A DNA stretch of 52,831 nucleotides, filler included, from Streblomastix strix (lineage: Eukaryota): NCBI GenBank assembly GCA_008636045.1. It is 3 parts of 3 records of this genome, joined end to end, with 100 filler letters (N's around TTAATTAATTAA, not from the genome) between each part and the next. Parts side by side here need not be neighbours in the genome. Positions count along the whole stretch, not along the records: positions 1 to 17,555 come from SNRW01000697.1; 2 more parts are not named here. One strand, given 5' to 3'. Below the pieces are notes generated by a model. That model saw only the letters and a list, made by a program, of their open reading frames with translations, was not told the DNA's origin and did no database searches. Shown here in pieces: positions 1 through 12,300 of the stretch. Position numbers and translations under genes: made by a program. Position 1 is the stretch's first letter; each line of letters begins with the position of its first letter.

Positions 1-378
1 AAGAATCTTAACATTCAATCTGTCTTTGAGTCCCAAATACATAACACGGAGACCCAATGAATGAATATGAGGAGCAGAAATAGTGGAATTATATCCCAGA
101 GGTAGAGCTCTATCCTCATATTACCATAGTTTCTGATCTTCATTGATAAAAATACCTCGATCAATGGCTAACATTGTTTCACGGATTGCTTCATCCCTTA
201 TTACACGACGAACTTTAATTGAAATGAATGAATAAATAGATAATAAAAGTATGAAAATTATACTCTATAATCCTTCAACAAGACCATTATTTGACTTATA
301 AACATGGATTCTAACTCGAACTCCAAGTTCTTCTATCTCACGAACTTTATTAGTTTAACTAAATAGGCACAGGCACAT
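1..378 (-). CDS. pcm: Protein-L-isoaspartate(D-aspartate) O-methyltransferase (PIMT/PCMT), 5' part, truncated by the window/contig edge; probable intron 213-263
   Basis: Code-6 translation from ATG at 378 gives MCLCLFSQTNKVREIEELGVRVRIHVYKSNNGLVEGLQ/IRRVIRDEAIRETMLAIDRGIFINEDQKLWQYEDRALPLGYNSTISAPHIHSLGLRVMYLGLKDRLNVKIL. The AIDR..F, YED.ALPLG..STISAPH pattern is diagnostic of PIMT and breaks off just before the SAM-binding motif I. A 51-nt AT-rich GT..AG segment interrupts the conserved region in frame. Confidence 0.88.
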
Positions 379-1230
379 AAGAAACTCTATGATAACATAA
401 TAAAATATTTATTAAAATATATAAATAAATAAAAGGCAATAAAAAATATAAAAGATAAAATATATAAGATGAAAATACAAGTTTTTAAATTCTAGGTCAA
501 ATTTATAGTTGTTGAGAAAAATAAGAATATTTAGTTTAATTTTGTTTGAATTATTACGATATTTCAAAAATAATTTAATTATCAAAATAATATAATGTAA
601 TACGTGAGTAAAACGTGAATTAATGAAAATTAAATTATTTTAATTTAAGAATGAATTTAGAGTATTAAAGTATGATTATAATAAATATATTATTTATTAA
701 TCCAAATATTAATGTTTCAAGCTTTGAAAATGAAGGAAATTTAGATTACAATTTTCAAAATTTCGTCTTTGGAGATCGATCTTGGCAGTCTGTTAGATAA
801 TCTTGCCTCTCTATTTGTTACCAGGCTAATTTGATATCCTTAATTCTGATTTTTACTATATCATTAACCAATCAATCCACCATCAGATGCAAAGCTAAAA
901 TTGATTTCCTGCCAAGCCCAGTAGGAATTCATTTTTATAATGCACATTAGTCAAGTACCATTTCATAATTAATTGCGATTAGACATTATTGCTAATTCAT
1001 AAACCTACCGTTGATGCATATAAGCCTGATTAATGCAAATTATGAAAAATCAGTAACAGCGCATGAAATTGCAAATATTATTCATTATTAATCACTCATT
1101 TATCATTGTTGTGCATATATTGTCACACTCATTCCTTCTATCAATCATAATTTATCTGATTGCTCCGATTTAATCTGTTTTTATTTATTTTTCTTTCTTT
1201 TTGCTATTTACCAAACATAGGAATAGAAAC

Positions 1231-4200
1231 ATGGCCGATCAAGTTAAATTGGAATTTCTTGAAGCGTTTATCTTTGCCAGAGGTGTTGAAGAAAGGAAAG
1301 TTGCCCTGGGTAAGCTTACCCCGACGTCTGAAGAATATTTTTACTACGCGCTTTTGAGCGAGCAACTTGCAAACGCCGGAGAGGCTAGTGATGAAGAAAA
1401 ACGACTTACAGCTGCGATGACTAAAAAATATGGCAACAATAACCGAACAGTTAAATTGATGACACTTCGCCGAAATGTTCTTTCATTTGAAGGATCGAAT
1501 GAAGACCGCAAGAAAGAAATCATTGAATATCTTCGAGATGAGCTTCTGCATCTATCATTCCATCATGTTCGGAAAGAGATTGCAGGACCAAGTGGATCTA
1601 CGAATACAGAGAAATTGGCAACACAATTAGATGAAACTATTGTGAGTCTTGATAAATAAATTGGAAATCTGAAGAATGATCGTCAATTCGTGTAACAATT
1701 AAGTACAGAAGGGAAATGGATATTACCAAAGATGAATTGGGATAAATAATAATTATTAGAATTCATCAATTAACTTCCATCATGCACTCATCCATAAACA
1801 GTTGAATATATTTTAGAATTCTTAGAAAAAGGCGGAGATTGGAGTTAAATGACATTGAAGTTATCATTAGAATAATTAGAACAAATTGCATAAGCACGTG
1901 TTGGTATTCTTGGAGAATATTAATTTGTACGATAATTAGTTCAAGGACAGTATGGAACATCAGAAGAAGATTTAGATACAGATATTTTATGTGCAAAACG
2001 ATTATATGAAAAGATTTGGAATATTGCACAAAGATTGCCAGTATCATTATCAGGAACTAAATCTGCATTGATTTTTGAATGTCTTTAATTTGAATGGACT
2101 CGAAGAGCAGGAAAAGCGAAAGATGGATTTCCAACAAAAGAGAAATTCATTTAATATCTTTCAATTCCATAAAGTGGAATATAGATTCTTGGAATTGAAG
2201 AAACATTAAGAGCTTAAACAAATTAATTGAGAAGAACGGAATATTAATTTGATTCAAATATTCAATCAATTTTTAGAGCAGTAAAGATATCTTCACAATC
2301 AATTGGATAAGAAACACTTATTAAAGAATTATTGATTCATTTCTTGAATGAATCGAATGATGAAAAAGATTTTATTGGATTGATTCGACCATCAATTCTT
2401 AAACGATCATTGCTTGAATCGAGACTTCTTAATGGAAGATTAATTGCTGAAGAAGCTATTTCAATTGGAGATAAAATTGGATTTGGAAATGATGATGCAA
2501 GATTTATAGATGAAATTACTAAAAGAGTAGAATTAACATTTGAAATATAAAACAAAGTAATATTTGAAGTGAATGATGAATCAGTTGAACTTGGATTGCG
2601 TGTTAAGAATATTGGAGATAAATTGACAGTTAAAGTGTTTGAAGTGAATACATTAACATATTATCTTGAACGTAAAGATGAAATTGGAAGTGATATTGAT
2701 TTAGAAGGATTAGTAGCGAGTGAAGAATAAGAAATAGATTTTAGTGGAAATGAATCAGCGATAAGAAAAAGAATAATATTGAAGCCTAAAGCAGCATAAG
2801 GGAAAGGAATTCGAGGAGTATTTATAGTAGTTGTATATGGAGGAGGTCTTACAAGCCGAGCTGTGATTAGAAAAGGATAATTGAGATTAATTAGCAGATG
2901 CACAGTTGATGGACATGCAATAAGAATTATTGATGAATAAAACAAATCAATTGAATAAGGAGCAGTTTGGGTTGATGGAAAAAGATTTGGACCTCATCGA
3001 ATAGAATCATAAGGAATTGAAACAACAACAACATCTTCATCATCATCTTCTTCTTCTTCTACTGATAAAGATAAAGATAATAATAATGAAACAAAATAAA
3101 ATAAAAAGAAAATCAAGATCTTAAGCATATTAAGAGAAGGTGAATTCATTATTCCTTATACAAGTGAAGGAAGTGGAATTGTATAAAAGAAAGTGATTAT
3201 AAGCGATGAATCAAGTGGATTCTCATCTTATGGTGAATTTGAGCATCGATAAGAGAATTATATATTCAAAGCAGGAATCTTTGTAGAACGAGAAGAATTG
3301 ATTTCATTTAATACAGCACATATTCTTATACGACCTCAATTACAATGTAATGGAGTTGCAGCATCAGTTAGTCTTGTTGAAAGTGTATCAGTGACAGTTA
3401 CATTAACAACTGCAGTTGATGGAGTAACAACAACAAAAAGATTTGATTAACTTAAATTTATTGATGGAGAATTGACAGTAGTTGAAGTACTTATTCCTGA
3501 AGGACTTCGTACATTGAATGTTTCAGTATAAGGACGAGTTCAAATATATTCAGATCTTGGTCGTCGAATTGATGTTAATAGCAGTCGATCATTCCAAATC
3601 AATAGTATTGATGACAGTGATTCAATTATTCATGCGGAAGTTCGAATGAAAAACGAAGGAATAAAACAAGAATAAAGAAAACGATAATATATTTTGAATG
3701 TATTTGGGAAATCAGGAGAAGCTATTTAAGGACATGCAGTAACATTTAACTTTGGATGGAATGCATCATATGGAAAATCGATTAAGAATATCCGATTGAT
3801 GACGGATGATAACGGAGAAATCTAACTTGGATCATTAAAAGATATTTCATATATTGAGATTAATATGGGAGTTGGAGGAACAAGAAGTGGATTGAATAAA
3901 AGATTCTTTCTTCCAAAACATGAAAATGGAGGAGATGGAATTGAAGAAGATATTTTAATCTCTAATTAATCAAGTTTAGCAGAAACTATTATTGGATTTT
4001 CAGGATAAAGTTTATTTATTCCATTCTTTGGATCAGAAAATGAATCTAAACTTGTAACATTGATTTTGATTAACTCATAAGGAGTTGGATTGAAAGAATT
4101 CACAAAAGATATTAAATATGAAAATGGAAGATTGATTTTGAGTGAATCTCTTATTGCAGGTGATTATAAATTATTTGATTGGAAAACAGGAAGACGAGTA

Positions 4201-7200
4201 TCAATATCTCTTATTGAACCTCAAAAATAAGATAAAGTTTAATCATCAATAATGTCACCATTATTATCATCATAAATGTCACCAATTTAATAATCGAAAA
4301 TGGTTCCAATATAATCATCTACAATGTCACCAGTATTATTATAATCATCTTCAATGTCACCATTATTATAATAATAATCATCTAAAAGAGACTCATTATA
4401 ATAATAAACATCTAAAAGAGACTCAGTATAATAATCCGCATCTACAATGGAACCATTATTATCAGCTATAAGATCACCAGTATAATAAAAACCATCCACA
4501 ATGGAACCAGTATAATAAGAACCATTTTAATATATATCAGATTAAATCTATGGAATTCGAAGAATTGGACAAGGAGGATTAACTGGATCTGGAACATAAA
4601 CGATAGGAATTGCAAATGTTTAATAATTAGAAGATGGAAATATTGCAGTTGATATTGTTGGAGCTACACCTTCAACTCGAGTTCATGCATTTGCAAGAAG
4701 ATTTGAAGCTTCATTCCAAGCATAAACACTATTAAGTGGACTTGAATTGAAATAAGGAATAGTTTGGGAATATAAACAACCTCAAAGCTAATATGTATCA
4801 GATAAAGCACTTGGAAGTGAAGAATTATATATTTTGAATCGACGTCGATGTGGAGATCGATTAGGAAACACTCTTGCATCTCCATCCGTACTTCTTAATC
4901 CAGTTGTTAATAAAGAAACTATTCGACACGAAGAATCAGTTCGATAAGGAGAACATTTTGAAAGAGCTTCATATGGAGCATCAGGAGCTGCATATAAGAA
5001 ATAAGTATCAGATGATTATGAATAATAAAGAAGATATCGAGGAAGTGGAGATGAAGGAAATCAATATTAACAATGGAAATCGAAAACATCCGATACTAAG
5101 AATATTGATTTTCTTGCTAATAGTGCGACAGTTGTTGTTAATTAATAAGCATAATAATATTCGAATGAAGATAATTTGGGAAGAAGCCGACTTATTCTTC
5201 CACAATCTGCACTTCTTCCAGGACATTGTGCATTAACTGTAATTGCTACAGATGATAGTCGATTAGTGTCATAGACGATTGTAGTTAATTAAAAGCTAAT
5301 TGAGAAATCAAAAGAAAAAGAAAAAGGATCATAAAAATAGAAAGAAGAATAAATATTAATTCGTGATATGCGACTTCTTCATCCTCACGATGCAGGAATT
5401 CATCTTGTTGAAGCTCGACGATCATCTTTACTTATTCCACGAACTATTCTTTCTTCTGATGGATTAGGTCCTGGAATATAAGTTTAGACAACAAAAGAAA
5501 CAAATTCAAAAAGATAAGATTATAATTAGAAGTATAATGATAAAATATCATCTTCACGTATATTAGAAAATCTATCAACTACATAATTTGAAACATATAA
5601 TAGTTTACCTGGGCTTATTAGATTAATGTAATCTATATGTGCATCAGAATCAGAAAGAATTGGAAGAAGAGATATTATAAAGAAATTAGAATTATGGGGA
5701 GAATTATTTGTAAACTTTGGAGAACTGAATGAAGCAGAATAAATATCTCGATATTCTCAATTTGCATGCCATGAAACACACTTCTTTTTGAAACATAAAT
5801 CACCTGAACTATTCAAAAAAGTTATTGTTCCATATTTACAATGCAAGAAAGAAAAAACACTTTTTGATCATTTAATTCTTGAAACACATGATATTGAAGT
5901 ATTGTAACGAAATGCAGCGTCTGGAGCTTTCTAAGAACTGAATGCACTTGAATAAATCTTACTTCTTTAACAACTTGTTGCATCAGAATCAAAAGATGAT
6001 TAAGTAAAAAATAATAAAGCTAAAAAAGAATAAGAAATTTCAACATCAAAACATCGATGTCGTGAATTCTTGCGAACAATCTAACAAAGAAACGATGCAT
6101 CTGCACCAGATCGAGAAAAAGAAACCCGATTATTTGAAATTGCATTGAAATCTGGACTTGAGAATGTATAAGAGGCATTATTAGATGAATAATAATAATT
6201 TGAAGAAGATAAAGAAAGTGAAAGTAATAGTGAAGCATCAGAAGAAAGAGATGATATGGATTTTAAAGGAAGAAGACATAATGGAGGAGGATTTAGAGGA
6301 GGATTTGGAGGAGGAATGAGATAATCTAAATAGTCTTCTTAGAGAGATGGTTCAGGAGGTATGGATTCTGATTTGTTAGATGAATGTGAATGTTGTATAT
6401 AGGAATGTGAATAAGAAAGCGACAATGAATAATAAAATGGTAATATTGATGATGATGATGAAGAAGAAGAAGAAGAAGAAGAAGAATAGGAAGAAAAATA
6501 AAAAGAAAAAAATTATTAAGAACATACACGTCATATAGAACCTCATTTCAGATAAGTTGAGAATACAAAAGAATATCGAGAAAGTCAATATTATGAACAC
6601 AATCTTCACAACTAAGGAAGCAAAGACTTAATTCCTTGGAACTCATTCTGGGTTGATTATGCTGTTTATATATTAGGACCTCTTATTGATGAAACATCCG
6701 AATCAAACAAATCTTCAAAAAAGAAAATTCCATTTATTTCATCAAATATAATTCATGCACATTCTTCATTTGCAGAGATTGTTCTAGCGATTGGAGCCAG
6801 TGATGTATCACTTAGACGAGTTAAACCATAATTGAAAGTGGAAAGAGAAGGAGGAAAAAATAAAGGAATAATTGAAAGCAATGAATCAGCGTGTATTGTA
6901 TTTGTTAAAGAAACAGAAGAAGCGAAAAGAAATGATGATTCAATTGATAATAAAAGTCAATTGAATGGAGATTCAGGAATTCTTGTATAAGAATTCTTTA
7001 TTGATTAACATGAAGCAACTGAATATGATTAAGAGTCTCGGAGTCACGTTCGAAAAGCAGCTGATCCTAAATCACTTGTTGCTCGTCGTGGATATTTTTG
7101 TGAAGTTGTTATTACTAATGCATCACCAATTAATCGTAATATTGATATTTTACTTCAAATCCCGGGAGGATCAATTCCATTAAATGGAGGATTCTACACT

Positions 7201-9075
7201 CGAACAAAAGCACTGCATCTTAATTAATATAATACAGTGACTGAAAGATATGGATTCTATTTCCCATAATCAGGAAGATTCAAACATTATCCATCATAAA
7301 TAGCATGTAAAGGAAAACTATTAGCAGTTGGAGTTGGAACTGATGGAGACATTGAAGTACTTGCAGAAGCTGTACCTCGTGCAGGTGATGAGAAGAGTTG
7401 GGCAAAAGTTGCAAGCAGTGGATCTTTAGATGTTGTATGCAAATTCTTATCGGAAGAGAATCTTTCACGAGGAGATATTAATCTTCAAGATCTGTTATGG
7501 CGTCTTAAAGAAAAAGAATCATTTGAACATATTTTGAATGTATTGCATTAACGATTGATATTCGATCCATAAATCTGGTCATATTCACTATTTCATAATG
7601 GACCATATGAAGCAATTCGAGATTATTTATCATGGACGGGAAGTGGAGTTCGATAGAATCTTCATAATCTTGATACACTCGATAGTTCAATTCTTATAAT
7701 TGATCCAGCAGAACGGAATGAATTCCAAATATTTGAATATCGACCATTAATCAATGCACGAACATTCTAGACTAACAAAGAATTAACAATTCCAAATGAA
7801 GATTTGAGAAGTTAATACAAACGATTCTTGCTTTATATTGCGCATGGAGGAGGATTGCAATAAATCAAGAAATTATAAAAGAAGAATAAAGAAACTGTTT
7901 CAATAGGACTTTTAGATGAAGGAAATGTGATTATTCTTATTTATTATCTCCTTCTTCAAGATCGGATTGAATAAGCATAATAATTCTTCTCCAAAATTCC
8001 AATTTCAAATGATTTAGAATAAGATTAAGATAGTGAATAAGATTAATCTATTGGAGAAATGCAAATTCAAAAAGATTATTTGAATGCATTCTTAGATTTC
8101 AGTTCAATTGTTTAAAATTCAGAAAATGAAGTAAAAGAAGAAGAAAAAGATAAAGACTCCAATATATCAATTCCTGCACTTACTCGAGCTCGTTCAGTTG
8201 CATCTAAATACAAGAACTATCCAATCACAAGATGGCGTTTGATATTTGAAGAACTTGAAACGTAATTGAAAGAGATTGATAAAGCATATGGGGTAATATC
8301 AGATGATCAAACTAAATAAACTGAGAAAGGAAAAAGTCTTTCAGAAATAGTTCATATGGGAAGTAATATAATTGACAATGCAGCTGAACAAGAACTGAAA
8401 CGATAAGCACTTCTTCGATCATCTTCAACTGTTGATGTATCATTTGAAATTGAGACATAAGCAAAATTAGGAAAGATTATTCTTAAACAAAAAGGTGGTA
8501 ATTCAGGATCTTTTGTGACACTTAGATTCCACTTTGTCGATGTTGAAGTTCTATTCAGCAGTAGTCCATTTGTTCGTGAAGCAGCAGCAGCTCGTTTCTC
8601 TGTATTGAAACCGAGTTTTGAAATTAAAGCTGCTTTTGATTCAGTCAAAGAAGGAATAATTACTGAAGAAACTACTATAGAAATTCCAACTTCTGTGAAA
8701 GGGAAGAATTCATTTGTTGAAGCAGAATATTGTGGTGTTCGTAAAACATCTTCTCTCTTTGTGTCTAGTATGGATATTGGAGTACAAGAACGAACCGGAC
8801 GTATTATTGTTAGTCATTCAACAAATAAACGTCCTCTTCCTCAAGTTTATATTAAAGTATATANNNNNNNNNNTAACTCAGTTATTTCAGGAGGAAAAGG
8901 AGAATTTGTGAAAGATGGATTCACTGATCTTCGTGGATGCTTTGATTATGCATCAGTTAGTTAAGAAAGTGGATCAAAACGAGGAAGTGGAATTAAGGAT
9001 CGATATGCGATTCTTATTTTCAGCTCTAAATATGGATCAGAAGTTCGTGAAGTTGATGCACCAGCTGAATTATGA
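1231..9075 (+). CDS. Very large (~2,614 aa) protein resembling Dictyostelium actin-binding protein F (AbpF) and large uncharacterised Planctomycetes/PVC proteins
   Basis: ATG at 1231 and TGA at 9073-9075 are in the same frame (7,845 nt), and the track fragments 1201 and 8515 share that frame once TAA/TAG are read as Gln. The N-terminus has LTPTSEEYFYYALL and the C-terminus has LPQVYIKVY...GEFVKDGFTDLRGCFDYASVS, a motif I recall from this family. A 10-N gap at 8864-8873 keeps the frame. Confidence 0.75.
4240..4530 (+). repeat. Degenerate coding tandem repeat (S/Q/P/M-rich units of about 8-11 aa) inside the large ORF
   Basis: Repeated ATGTCACCA / ATGGAACCA / TCTAAAAGAGACTCA motifs encode QSSIMSPLLS-SQMSPIQ-SSTMSPVLLQ-SSSMSPLLQQQ-SSKRDSLQQQ-TSKRDSVQQ-SASTMEPLLS. 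Confidence 0.7.
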
Positions 9076-9345
9076 ATATTCTTAAATTGACTGCAACGAA
9101 ATAATAATTAATTATTGTTGATTGAAAGTTAATCAACGCATAACTCTACTATTGAAACATAAAGTTAATAAACATAACTAGTTTTTATTTATGATATTTT
9201 TAATAAAAAATTGCTTTATTATTTTTGATAGACTTTATTAATAAATAAAATTGGTCTATAATTTAAAACACTCATCCTTTATTTTAGATTTTAGTTCAAT
9301 AACAAGGTGCAAAGAAATTGTGTTAATTTAAAGGAATATAAACAA

Positions 9346-12300
9346 TCAGAAACCATTCAATTCCAGTTCTCTGAAGCCCCTTCTTAACTCCATAGCTACA
9401 ATTTATTCCCCATGCATCCAAAAGAGATCTTATTAAACAATATTGTTTGTATTTTATCCATGTGCCTTCTTCCTTAACATAATACCTTACCTGCCTGATG
9501 TTAATGTACAATCCGCTATTAAAATAATCCTATCCCAACGCTCTATATCATTTCGTTCTTATTTAGAAACTACTGGTTTAGATGGGAAATTTTATACAGC
9601 TTATGAAGATGTAGATGTTTTCCTTGTCCCAACAGAGTTCATCACAAGGCGCCAATTTTCAAGTACATTTCTATGCGAACAAAATTCGCAAGGCAGCTCC
9701 GTCTCTCTTGAACAATTGTTGCATCTTTTGCAATGGACGACAGAAATATCACGACAGCGGTTGCATTCAATGCAATGCCACTAATTTACACGTGAAACTA
9801 CTTGATTTTTACAGAAGGAATAAAATGAAGGTTCCTGACATCTGCATTTAAAGTCATAAGCACAAAGATCTCCTCTCAAAGCAGTGTGAGGAAGTTTGTT
9901 GATTGTGTGCATTGGTGTCCCAGGTCCCCCTATTGGGATACGAATTGGATTCTTGCATGTCAGAGCAACAACATCAGACAAGTTTCCAAAGCGAAGTGCT
10001 CGGAGATATGACAAAAGATTACCCTTCGCACATTCTGATATAGCTTTAGAGGCTATTACATTAAGTGGATTACCACAGCAGCTGCAAGCGCATGCTGGGG
10101 AACAAGGCTCTCCTGATAATAAACATGGACATGTTATTGTAGAATATGGAGAATCATGAATACTATCTTCTGAAAGGTCTTATTTCTGATATAGAGATTA
10201 TGTATTATCATCTTCTCTCTTAAGATCTGAACAAGATTATCCACCATTACGGTCAGAAATGGATTGCTAATTCATAGAACAACAGCAGAACACTGATTTT
10301 TCAAAGTTTCTAGATGCTGAAGTTTCTGGAAGCATTTCTGTATGTTCTAAATATTTTCCATCTATCATTATCTCCAGTTCTTCTCTATCACTTTCAGAGA
10401 GCTACTCAATCATTTGTTCAATTGGCATAATTGAATCGTTTATATCAAAAGGAGAAATCCCATTATCTAATTTCTTTTATTAAAATAGCTATTTAATTGC
10501 TTCTCTTTTAGACTTTTATCTGAAGTTTTCCAATCTAATCAATGCATCATTTGGAGACATTATATTAAATATTGCTGCCTTCACATTAATACTAGCGAAT
10601 CTGTGAGAATGATCTGCATTTGAATGATTACGTGCAACTAATGATTGAACAGTAAGACACTCTCCATTAGATGAATCAAGGAGACAACTTGCATCTCTCA
10701 ATCCAAGAGATAATTTCATAAATGAATCTGCAAAAATATTTGAATCATCTCTTCTGTCTAAAGATATAGTATTTGGAGTAGAAGGTGAATTTTATGGAAG
10801 AAGGGATCTTTATTTCCTTTTTTATATTCCCTTATTGACCAGATCAGCTTCTACAAATTTGAATTCATAGAGATCGCTAAATAAATTATCCATTCTTCTC
10901 AATTCTCCAACTAACTTCCGTGAATTTGTGGAAACAGACTTTTTCAATTCAAAACCTTATTGTATTTACATTCGTAGCTTCTAAGCAGCATTCCAAATCT
11001 TACCTCTGTGTCTCTGAATTGGAGGTTCCTCTATCCAATATGTTGTGCGAGGGCATATCAATGAATTAGCATCACAATCAGGATAATGATGGAGTTACTC
11101 AGGGAATGGAGCTGTTATATACAATTATGCTGCTCCTTCAGGAATTGGTGTTGGTGGATTAAGAAGAGGCATTAATAATGTGACTAGAGATGCTTCAGGA
11201 GGTACATAAATATGATAGGCAAAGAATTACTGCTCATAAATTGTGAATGAAACAGAAGGTTAGATTGAAAAGAGAATATTTGAGCATCTCTTTGAAGTAT
11301 TTTAATCATCATTTCCATCTTTATTCATCAAATGTTCATTTTAATTATCAGTTATAAGTTTCTTTTAATAATCATTATCTTCTTCTGATTGACTCTTCAA
11401 TTCATCTCCTTCATAATCAATATCCATATTTTTGTTCTTTAATTACTCTTATTTGTTTAATGGATTGATATTCATATTGATTTATTAACCATCTTGATTT
11501 GAAGATGCAATATTCCTAACTGGAACTGGATGGCAACTAACACCAGTAGATACAACATCAACAATAATAGCACTAGGAATGAGTACAGAATATGCTTCAG
11601 CTGCAGCGAGTGGTATTGAATCTGGAGGTTAATGAGGGCACAGTTATGGACAAGGTGGGATTAGACGTGCATAGTTTGAACGAAGGAAGAGTGAATAAAT
11701 TCCAGAATGATGCTCTAATATTTATAAGAGCTCTTCCAGATCACGCCTTCTAAAGAATTAAATAGTGTGTTTGGCCACAATTGATGCTCTATCACTCATT
11801 GTGAAGTCTGGTTATGATATTGAACTCTCTCTTTAATGACACATTACACCCAATCTAAAAAGAGGGGGAATGGCTAATATTAAAGTAAGAGATACAATAC
11901 CTTCTCCAAAACCTTATTTATTATCTCCATATCCTGGAGTTAATAGTGAATCTTATATGTTATAGTCTCTTCCTTTGTTGGTTGAATTATCAATTGTATT
12001 TATGGATGAAGATGAAGGGTATAAAGAAGGATTATTATTCTATTAATTATGATCTCTATGATCATCTTCATCTTGGATATCTCCTTCATGAACCTAATTG
12101 TGGTGTTATGCATCTGGAGTATATGATACTGATGCATAAATAATAGATCGTAGCTATATGTCTATATATGTTACAAAATGTGCTATTGAAGCCTTGCGTA
12201 GCCTCATTTTATATGAAATAAGACCTTTTCTTGGGGATATGTGCAATGCAACTTCTGTATTCGTGTCATTTGCACACACCCAATTTCCAGCTCTAACAGA

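Noticed and set aside
880..1140. ATGCAAAT octamer-like and TAATG motifs between the divergent pcm and giant genes
   Set aside because: Such motifs are expected by chance in AT-rich DNA, and there is no independent support.
4287..4499. Asp/Tyr repeat ORF on the minus strand (DDYY repeats)
   Set aside because: It is the antisense shadow of the S/Q-rich repeat in the plus-strand giant ORF.
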